In this document: positions 45,700-57,600 of the stretch, one piece after another
Position numbering within the stretch: the stretch's first letter is position 1
Layout: each line of letters opens with the position of its first letter
Origin: a virus
Direction: 5' to 3' (one strand)
IMG/VR virus record: IMGVR_UViG_3300042554_001073
Length of the DNA: 64,000 nt
Translations under genes and position numbers: made by a program
Notes under the pieces: generated by a model
The model's input: only the letters and a program-made list of their open reading frames with translations
Databases searched by the model: none
What the model was told of the DNA's origin: nothing

Positions 45700-48600
45700 T
45701 TATGTTAGATAATTTTTATACTTCAAGGACTCACTTCTGTTTACTAAAGCTGAATTTGTAATGCCAGACACACCATTATTTCCATAGAAAGTAAATTCAT
45801 TATTTTCGGATCTTGATGTTAGATTTATCTTACCCCAGCTATAATTTCCAAAATAAGTAGATGTTGTAATAATACCAGAATTGGTAATTCCCATTCCAGT
45901 AACAGTAACATTAACACGAGAAACTACTGTAGTACCTATTCCCAATATTGTAGATGTAACATTAGAAACAGAGATAACTTGATAAACATTGTCAACAAAA
46001 CTTGTTCCTATTGCGATTGTCGATCCACTATTGTCTTTAGATGATATTGAAGTTGTTGAAGTTCCAATATTGGAATCATAAACAACAAAGAAATCTCCGG
46101 TAGAAATACCACTTAATGTTAAAGCAGTGCCAACAATAGTGGAAGATCTCATATAAGAATCTTCTGGAATGTGTAGATCAAAAATCATCTGATAGTCTGA
46201 CCCAACAGTTGTAGTTCCAAATCCAACAATTATACCGGAATCTCCAGAATAAGAAGAAACATCATTTGTTTCTACTATTGATGTTGGTGGCGAAACAAGA
46301 ACAACTGGTGGGTTTGAAGTTGTATATCCAGTACCAGAATTTGTTAGAGTTATTGATGTAACAATTCCAGATGTTATGGAGGCAGTTGCGGTCGCAGTTG
46401 TTCCAAGTCCAACAGATTGTGCTGTACTTCCGATTGTGACTATTGGAGATGAGGTATACCCACTTCCACCATCATTAATAATGATGGATGATATAGTACC
46501 TGCGACAGAAACTACTGCGGTAGCAGAAGCACCAACTTTTTCATCTTGGGATATTAGAGTTACTTTATTCTGGAATGAAAGACTTGTCGCACTTTCATTT
46601 TGAGCATTGAAGAATGGTCTTACGTTATCAACATAAATTTCAGTTGAACCAATACCAACAGATCTTATAATATAGGAAGATGGTGTAATCAGTGGTTCAT
46701 ATAGCATTCTATCTTTAGCAATCTCTTGCTCATTAATTATCTTATCTTCAGTTTGACGACACCAAGTAATGGTTCTTGATAATGATTCATCGCTAGTGTT
46801 TCCTGGACCAAAGTATGGATTAGTATTAACCAAATCTGTAGCAAGAATAGAAGTTACGGTTCTATCTTCCTCTTGGAGAGTTGGTGACTGTCCAATTGAT
46901 GAGTCATATCCAAAAACCAGTTCATCCCCAACTTTTACAGTCTCAAGAATATTTCTTTCAAGAACGTCAACAGATCCACTTCCCCTATAGAAAAGAATCT
47001 TACATGTATCATTTGTTCCAGAAATACCTAAGCTTATTCCTTTAGGAGCTTCTGTAAATGTTATAACACTTCCGCCATTGAAAATATAACCCTCACCTGG
47101 AACTTGTAGGATATCATTTACAAACACCAATAGAAGGTCTTGTACATTAATATTAGAACCTTTAGCAGCCTTGATTGAGACTAGATCTCCATTGATTGTG
47201 AGTGGGAAAGTTGTAGTTTCGCCATCAAATAGACTTGAAATGTTATCAAATACCTGAAGTTCTCCAACAGACCATCCAGTAAACTTATCGGAGAAAATAT
47301 TTTGTATTGTGACTTGGAACTCATTATATGAAGAAGTTGTTGGGATTCCAGTTAGACCTCCAACTGGAACAGTCAGTATCTCATTTTCACGATATCCATA
47401 TCCAGTGTTTTTGATTTCAAAATCAATAACGCTAGATCCTTGACCAACAACAATGTCAATAGTTGCTGCTGTTCCTAAACCTGCAGTTACTGTAGAACTA
47501 TAGATTAGAGGTATGTCTGAATATGATAGTGGAGAATCAATAATAACTTCTGGTGGGTTGGTTGAGGTATATCCAACACCAGGATTTGTGATAGCAATAC
47601 TAACAATATTTCCACCACTTACAGCGGCAGTTCCAATAAACTCCAAGTAGAAACCATTAGAATCTGAAGTCTGAACCCCAACCCTGACTGTTTGAACACC
47701 GACTCTATAACCTGAACCACTGTTTCCAATGCTAACCGAGGAGATAGTACCAGCAACAGAAACAATTGCTGTTCCTCCAGCGGCAACTAGTGGTTGATAA
47801 CCAAATCCTTCAGTAGAACCTACGGAGATTATTATTCCACCAATTGGTAGATTTGAAGAGTTTATGTCATATGCAACAGATGTTGCTGTTCCTGTGAAAG
47901 ATATTGAAGTTATTCCTGTAGATTCGGATAGAGTATAATTTTCATCAGTTCCTGGACCTTGGAATACATCATTAATTAAAACGATTGCATTTTCGTTGGA
48001 AATACCTGTAACATTAGACCCATCAGATCGTAATGTAAAGGTTCTTTCAACACCATCAAAATCTGATGATATGTCATTAAAAATATAGTTCTTGTAATAA
48101 GTTTCATTACCAGTGTTTACAATTCCAGATCTCATAAATGATCTTCCGTGGAAATGTGAACTTGTGGATATTCCAGTCCAATCTCTTTCATCTGGTGGAT
48201 TTGTAGTGCTTCCAATTGGCACATTTCCATATGGAGCTTCTACAAAATTGAGAGTATTATCTACAATATTATATGTCCCCCGAACTTTAGTAACTGTTGT
48301 TCCGGTAGAATATCCAGCAACAACTGTTCCCAACCAAGGTCTTCTTACTCTTACAGCATTGGTTAAACCAACACCAACTCCTTCAATTTTCATGATTTCA
48401 TTTTCAATTCTTATTAAATCTCCACCAAAGAAAGAAGTAATTCCAGTGAAATATAGAATATCGTCAGTTGTATAAGTATTTGTTGATAGTGAAGATACAA
48501 CTGATGTTGCTACTACTGGTGATTGAATAATATTATCTAATGATACAAGAACTTTTGCGTTTTGGTTGTGGGCAGTGAATCTATGAGTGGAACCTATACC

Positions 48601-51600
48601 AACCGATGTCAAATCTAGTGTGTTTGGAATAGAAAGTAGAGCATCTGTAGCAGAAGCAGAAACCCTCACTTTATTTTCATTTATCTTAACAATATAAAGT
48701 GTTGACGGCAACTTATCGGTAGAACCAAATCCACTAATAGTTGTAGTAGCAATACCTACTGATGTTGTAGTTCCAGATCCAGCATTTGTATATGTAATCT
48801 TTTCTCCTGTAACAAAGAAATGTCCTGGTATTTCAATAGTGTTCTCCGATACATCAACAATAGAAGAATTAGATCCATCAAAATATCTTTCAAAAATTGG
48901 ATTTCCTTTGTGAGTTAAATTAAATGCCCTCTTCAGGTCACTTTCAGTTCCAGTATAAGTTCCATAAGCAGTTTCAATTGTTCCATTGTTCAAATCAACA
49001 ATATCTCTTGAATCATCCTGGATTCTTAAAATATTAGCATAAACTTTTACCTGAGTTTCTATATTTGGAAGAGGAGTAAACGTCAACTGAGTAGTTTCGC
49101 CAATACCAGTTACAGACCCACCTATTGTTCCCAATCCAGCATAAGTTTCTAGGTTTCCAAATTCTGTTACATATGGGTCAGCATACACATCATCATCAAT
49201 CATTATAATTTCTGACATTTGATGTCTATTATTTGTAATGTCAGTTACTTGAACAAGACAATAAGCAGCACTATATTCTCCGGAATAATCTAGAATTACA
49301 TTTGAAGTTGGTGAAATTGAGGAAGCTATTGAAGTTGTAGTTGCTTTTAACAAAGCATGTTTCATTTCAAGAGTTCCAATCCCAGAACTTGAAGTATCAG
49401 CAATACCAATACTTATTGTATTGATATAAGTTGTTGTACCTATTCCAGCATTCGCTATGAAATCAATTTTTACCTGAGAACCTGAGATATATGGATAATA
49501 AGTTCCATATCCACTAGAAGATAGAGGTGATATTATGTCGCCAGTTGTAAGTTGCCCATACTCTAAGAATTCTACATTTGTGCCATCATGGACAAGATTA
49601 AGTTCATCTAGTTCATACTGGCCATCACCACCAGTAATTTCTACAAGAATTTTGGCAGATGTGTAAGTAGCACCCAAACTAACTATGTTTACAGTAGAAG
49701 CTGCTGCTACGTTTGAATTAGACGTGTTTATCTCTACGATTGAACCAATAGTTGTAGATCCGATGCCAGATAAATCATCTTTTAGATTATAAGAAAGTGT
49801 AACCACATCATAATCGTTAATGGTAAATCTTGTTGGGTAGTAGTTTAAAATTCCATCAGAACCACTGATAGCAAAGTCAAAAGATCCAAGATCGTAGGCA
49901 GTTTCTACTCTTCCATACTGATTCAAATATCCATTTAATCCATCATGGATTAAAGTAACTAGCATTGCCTGGCGTTGACCAGTAAACCTCTTATCTCTGA
50001 TGTATGTAATGTACTTTTGAGCCTGTACTTCTCTCAGATCAAATCTGTTTATTTCACTATAGTTGGTTGGTCTTGGGTTACTGTTAAATTCAGAGCTGAT
50101 ATCATCAATAGATAATACTCTGTTACCAAAAGATTCAAAGTAATCGGTTAAAATTCTGTTATCAAAAGATATTTGATTGGAGACAACTCTTGATTCTATT
50201 CTTAGAGAATTTTCTCTTGCCAAATCAAAATCATAGAAGCAATTCAAATCACCATATCCAATCATATCGACAATAACATCAACACCTGTTGTTTGAGTAG
50301 AAACCCCAACAGTTAGGGAGGTGTTATTCTCCGGAGATATTTTTGATTCTAGTTGTAAATCTGAGAATTTTCTAAATCCTACAGTATGGTTTAGTGTGCT
50401 TACAGCATCATTCCAAGTATCAAAAGGAACTTTTGATTTTATTGAATATGAGAAATTTTGATAATAGAAATTATCTTGTATTCTTTGCTCTTCATTGTTT
50501 AGGAATCCAGCACTGGTTTCCCAACCATTTTCAACTTTTGATGTTGAATCCAAAACGGCGTAGTAATTGAATTCGGTTACCGAAGAAGCAAATCCTTGAG
50601 TTTTTGATGAAAGACCTTCTATTTTTTCTCCAACTTCAAAATCATCTTTTGTTACGATCTTTAAATAATTTGTTATTGGATCCCAATCTTCAACTACACC
50701 TGTAGAATTTCCTGATGTTACAACTTCACCAACTCTATAATCATTTTTTGTAAGAGTTGATACAAACTGTGGGAAAAACTTCTGAGGAATTATTCTACCT
50801 ACAGAATTTGCGGCGTCAAAGTTTCCTGGAAATTCTGATCCATTTAAATAACCATCTAAACTATATGAAACAGAACCAATACCACCAATATTAGCATCAA
50901 CATCAGTAAGAGTGAAAAGTTGATAGTTATAATTTTGTGAATTATATCCCTTAGCAGTTGAACCAATACCAATACTGATATTTTCTATTAGAACTTTATC
51001 ATTTACTTGGAATGGGAAAGATTGAGCACTGCTAAATCCTGTTGATAGTCCTACAGTAACTTTTTTGGTTGAATTGTTATAAGATATCGTTCTAATTCCT
51101 ACACCATTTGAATTTTCTACAGGAAGAATTAATGGTGTAGTATTGTACATTCCAAAAGTGTTATTTCTAATAATAACATCATTTCTTCCAAATTCATATT
51201 TTAAATCAACTTCTGGAATAAGATTGCCAGTTTTTCCATCAAAAACAAGAAGTTTAGGTGGAGTTACATATCCTCTTCCAACAGAAGAAACTCCAATAGA
51301 CTGGAATGATGATAGACTATCAATTTTAACTACTCTAGGCAAAGAGACTCTTGGTTTCAGGGTATAATCTGATGGATAATCGAATCCAACGTCTAGTATC
51401 TTTGTTTTCTTAACATTACCTATTGTTCTACTTTCTGCTTCAAGAACAGCTCCATTGCCAGTCTTCGATGATACGCTAGTTATTCCTGGAAGAGAATAGT
51501 AGTTAAGACCTTTATTGAGTATTTTTACTTCTTTTATTGGTCCATAAACATTGTTTGACTCTGTATAATAGTTTAAAATTGATGTTGATGGTGTATATGA

Positions 51601-54600
51601 TAAAGATTCTGGTTCTTCTGCTAAGAAATAAGTAAATGATGTTGATGATGGAACAGTAATTTGCTTTAATCCATTATAAACACTCTCTTCAACCTGTATT
51701 TCATTGTAAGAAAGAACAGTATTGTCGGAAAGTAATTCGATTTTTTCTAAAGGTAAATTGTTATCATAAACTGGTACTAAGTTATAGTATAAAGTTTTTG
51801 GAAGCGTATCATTTACAAGTATTCTTGCTTTAGCATCACTAGAAATTCCAACAATACCAGATCTCTGTACATTAAATGTTCTGTTTGCCCCAGAGGTGTC
51901 AAATATTTCTTTAAATTCTCCATCAAGATATACTTCAAATCTAAAAGCGGAATATCTTATAGATTGATATTCATAAGATAAAGAAGAATCTGATAAATCA
52001 AATTCAACAACAGAATCTTTGTAAACTTTAATTGGTGGATTTACTAAAGATATGTTACCAGAAGAAGCACTTGTTATACTTACAATATCTGGTATTAATT
52101 TGGTAGAATTGTAGTAAGTATCTGAAAGTTTAATATTATTTTTATCTATTACTACAACATAATATATTGCCTCATTAGATAATCCGCCCGAAGGAGATGA
52201 TGAAGTGTGAATAACCTTATCTCCAGTCCTCAGATTATGATTTGTTAATGCTATTGAATTATTATTAATGTCTACATTAAGAGAAGTAAATGATTTGGTA
52301 TTTAATAGAATTTTTCTATTGTAATCATCATACTTTACTGTTATTGAGGTTGTTATTGATGGATTAACATCTATCTCAACAAAGTCATTATTCAATAATC
52401 CATGAGTTTGAGCAGTAGAAACCGTTACAATGTTTCTAGATACTGTTCCGGTAATAACTGAATAGTTTGTTCTAAAACTATGATAAACACCTGTACCGAT
52501 TCCAGTGAAAAGAAGTGGTCTTATTGAATTAGTTGTTGAAGATATTCCTGAGAAAAATCCAGTGGAACCAAGTCCAACCTTTACTGTAGAAATTCCAATA
52601 AAATTATCATCATACTTTGCTACATAAACATCAGTATCATCAAATAAAGTTGTTACTCCTACCCCAATTGAAAAAACTGTTATTGGACTTCCATCATTTG
52701 TATTGTAGGTCAGCAAATCTCCAGTATTGAGATTATGTTCTGGGAGATAAATTAAACCATTACCAATGAATACCTGGGTTAGTCCGGCACCTGGATTTGA
52801 GAATGAAATAGTTGACCCAGCTCCAAGAGATGAGTCTGTTCCTATTGCCACAGACTCACTTGGATCAAAATAAATTTGTTTGTTTATAGAGTATGAATAA
52901 TCTGTTTTAAATCCAGAGTTAATACTCAATCTTCTTGCTTTTTCATATAAAACTGTTGTAACAGTATGAGAAACTCCAACAGTTCCATCAACTTGCCTTA
53001 AGATTCTGAGTCTAGATGAAACTGGGTCAATATTTAAAACTTTTACTTTCTCATCATTAAGTAATAATACATCGTTTTCTCTAATATTTGAGAATCCTAA
53101 GTTTCCTGAAACTGAAATAAAAGTAACTATTCCAGTAACTCCAATCGTACCAATGCCAATAGTGGTTGAACCAGTCCCAACTAAAGCAACTTTACTGGTC
53201 TGTATCCCAGCAGTATAATTTCCTTCAATTAAAGATGAAGTTGTGCTAAGACCTGAAATAGAGACTAAATCAAAGTTTGTGAAATTGTGAGGATCATTGG
53301 CATATAGAACATATTGTCCTTTATTGCCGATTGGATAAAATTCAACATTTGTTATTGTGCTAGTAGCTACACTTACACTAGAAACTTGCTTTCCTTCCAA
53401 TTTAGATACAACTGCTGAAGCAGAATATCCTCTTATATTTCCATTAGCATCGATATTATTAAAGACAACAGAATCATTAATTTTATAATTGTTTCCTCCT
53501 GTTAAAATACCAACATTGTCAACTGATCCTGGAGAAACCCCAACAATGTCAATAGTTTGATTTAAGTTGTTTGGTATTGTAACATACTCATATGTTGACT
53601 GATTTTCTATTATATTGTATGGATATGTATTTCTGACCCAATTTGTGTCGTTTAGATCTATAATATCTTGATTTGAGAATCTATCAAAATTAAATTCATT
53701 TGGTTTTGACTTAAATTTATTTCCAATTAAGTATGGAAAAACGGGTCTCTTATAACGAGTAAAAGGACCTGATGAATCTACACTGGAGTCACTAATAGTG
53801 GCAAAATAAGCGTATGTTCCGTTTGGATATTCTGGAGTTATACAGAATCTTCCATTATTTTCATCAAGAATAGTTTCATCATCAGATTCATAATGAGTGT
53901 AATCCTCTACAAAAAATCCTTCTGGGAATATGTTTATCGAAGGTCTACCTTGACTCAATTCAAGTCTGTAACCACTCTTCATTTGAGATACTACGCCACC
54001 AGACTTTTTGGAATATCCGTATGGACCATAAATTGGATTTCCATCATAAGCCCAACCAATAATTGGTGAGTGGTCAGTAGATGCTATCTCTACAGAATTA
54101 GAAATTCTTAAATCAGGATTTGAATATAATATTCCACCACCCTGCTCTCTTGAGAATAAAATCTCTCTCAATTTTCTTGGAGCATATATGTGTGAATATT
54201 GTAATCCGAAACTGTTATTAGTTCCTAAGGTTAAGAATCCATCATCTTCAGAAATTTTGTTTATATACTTCTGGAAAAGGTTAACTGTCCATGACTTTAT
54301 TTTTGCTTTAAATGAAGCACCCGTTCCTGGATGAGAAGCAGTTATTTCTGTAGAATTTGGGGAATATCCTCCACCACTTTCAATTACTTTAACTTCAATT
54401 ATTTGGTTATTTTCAACAATTGGAACCAATACCGCACCAGTTCCAGTTCCAGTAACAATTAGGTCTGGTGAAGATGTATAATTTCTTCCAACATTATTGA
54501 CAAGAACCTGAACAATCTTTCCGTTTGAAATTATTGGTTGGAATTCAGCATTACTTCCACTTAAAATTGATATATTTGGTTCTCTTTCTAGTCCAAATAT

Positions 54601-57600
54601 ATCCTCAACTCCATAAGAAGAACCACCAGAAACTAGCTGAACAGATTCAATCGAACCTCTGAAGATTGGTTGTACTTGAGCTTTGTAATCTGAAGAAAGC
54701 CCAACATTACCTATCAGAGATACGTTTATTTCTGGGTAGTTAAAGATATGTTCGTCGGAGTTACTTGTTGTTATGTTTACATATTGTTTTGTTCTATAAT
54801 AGAAATCTTCACTATATCCGCCAATTCCAACTTCAGAAAGTCTAAAATTATTATCATCAATAGATGTTACATAATAATTTGTATTATTTGAGAGACCACC
54901 TATTACAGACCCTTCTGTAGAATATTTTACGACTTCGCCGGAAGAAAATCCATGATTTATAATATTGATTGAATCTGTTGATGTATTAATTCCGGCAAGA
55001 GAAACTTGACGCTTTTTATTTTGATAACCAGTTCCGGAATTTTCTACTGTTACTGAAGCTAGAATTGATTTTTTATTTACCGATTCTAAAGAATGGTTAC
55101 CAATTCCATAATCACTTAAAGTTATTGTGTTTATTCCAGAAACAGCATCACTAAACTTTTGGTGAAGTTTTACTGAAGTTGAAGAAACTGTTGAAACATA
55201 ATATGTGGAATTTGTGGTAAGACCTGCTATTGACTTTTGACCAGAAGTTTTATAGATTACAGCTTCTGCATTTCTAAATTTATGTGCTGTGCTAAATCCT
55301 ATTATCGATAAAGTTGCTCCTATTGATATTTGATTTGATTTTTCTTCTGAATTGAACTGAGATTCATGTGAGACCAACTTCATGTTGGCTCTCGCACTAG
55401 CACCTGTTCCATTTCCTCCAGTAATTTTAACCACTGGAGTGTCTAAGTAATCAAATCCTGGGTCTAAAACTCTAATCTCCAAAAGAGAACCGGATACAGC
55501 ACAATTTCCAGTTGCTCCAGTACCAACTGAATCTGATATTACAATCTGTGGAGGATTAATGATATCAAAACTACTCCCAGAAGATAAAATTTGAATTTCT
55601 TCAATGGGCCCGTAGAAAATTTTATCTTTACTCTTGTAATTTAATATTTCTACGCCGTTTACAAGTATGCCCGTCAATCCGGGAACAGTTTCTGTGGGAT
55701 TTTTCGTAGAAACTGGCGCAGAAATTTCTCTCAGTAATTTTTGAGATTCTAAAGACCTTTGATAGAAAATGTATGGTTCTATCTTATTATTGGATACAGT
55801 TGTTTGATTTTCTACATTTAAGAACTTTTCATCTAAAATATCAGATTTGCTCTTAGAAAATTTTACATTATTTGCATCAATTCTTTTAATGAAATAAATT
55901 CCCTCATCAAATAAAGAACTCGATATAACTGTTGATGTTAAAGAATTTCCATCAGCATCTATAGATGTAACTTCTACTATTTCTGGAGTATAATAAACAG
56001 AATCTCCAGTATAAAATCCATGATCTTCGAGTGAAGTTAAAGTTATCGTCTCTCCCTGATATGTTCCAGAGAAAGTTAAAGATCGATCGGAAACGTTTAA
56101 CTTCTGATTAACATAACTTGCTAAAGACGGAGATGCTACAAGTAACTTCTCTTTATCCCTATAAACATTTTGAATATTAGCAGAGAAAATATTTGCATCC
56201 TGGAAGTTGGACGAATCTACTTTTAAAATTTTTCTCTTTACTTTGAAAGAATTCTCCACTAAAGGTCCTTGACCATTAATAACTATAGTTTTCTCTGATA
56301 GAACATCAATTACTCTTGCTTCTGCAGTGGGAGATCCACCCTCTAGTATTTCTAAGAAGTCGCCTATTTGGAACGAATGTCGATTAATAAATGTGACGCT
56401 ATATGTGTCATCTGAAGAATCAACTACTTCATATGAATCGACATTGTAGGTTGCTGCCGTATTAAAAATCCAGTCATTATCTAATGCATTTTTTCCTTGA
56501 AAACCAAAAGTTGGAATTGTGGCAGTATCTCCCTTGGCATAAAAATAGTTAGGAGTATTAATATTGACACTATTCAGAATTGAGTTTATGCGAACTCTAA
56601 TTTCTGTACCTAATCCAGTAGTTGCCGCAGCATAGGTGTTAATTCCAACTATAGAATTGTCTATAATATCAGAAGTTATATTAGAGCAACCCAGAAATTG
56701 ATTTAAAGTCTTGGAAGTGTATGATACTACTCCTGTTGTCCCGTCAAAAAATTGTACATATACTTCTCCCTGAGTGGAGAATCCTACTGTTGAATCAACA
56801 TCAATGGAAGTAGAACCTGCTAAAGTTCTGGCAATTGATCTTGTTTTGGGATGAACTGAGAATCTTCCGTAAATAGCACCATCGAAGGCTGGATCTCTAT
56901 TGTATCCACCATCAATTTTTAACTTATAGAATATTCTTCCATTATCAGAAGTTACTGTCTCTACTTCAGATACTGTTCCATAAGCTTTTGTTAAATTCAA
57001 ATATTCATTTTGAAACAGAGTTAGATTTGATATTTCTTCAATTGGACCAGAAATAAGCTCAACAACCAAATCATTAGTTATTTTATAATGAGCATCTGAT
57101 GGTCTGAATAGAACATCTTTTGGTCTTAAGATTTTTACATCTTCTCCATATAATGCTTTGAACAGAATCTCAAAAGACCTATCTGTTCCCTTACTTCTAT
57201 AAAAGTCCTTTATTTGCTTTAATAGCAAAGATTCATTAACTTTGTCAACGAAACTTCTATTTTCAAATCCAGGAGCAATTTGATATTTTGTTTTGATTAA
57301 AAATTCTTGTAGAAAAAGACTGCTTAAGTTAAAAATCTCAGTTCCTTCTGCATGAATAGCAGCATTTGATTCTTCAAATATTAACTCATCATTGGGATTG
57401 AGTTTATATGTAGCAGCTATTCCAATATTAGTATTCTTATATGCTACAATTCCACTAAATCCTCTATAGCAATTAAGAAAAGCACTGTCGGTTTTTGTTT
57501 CATATACAATTAATTCATTATCAATTGAAATTAATCCATACTTATCGGGAAACCCTTTAGTTCCAGTTTCAGAGTCTAAAAGACTAATATTAATATTTTC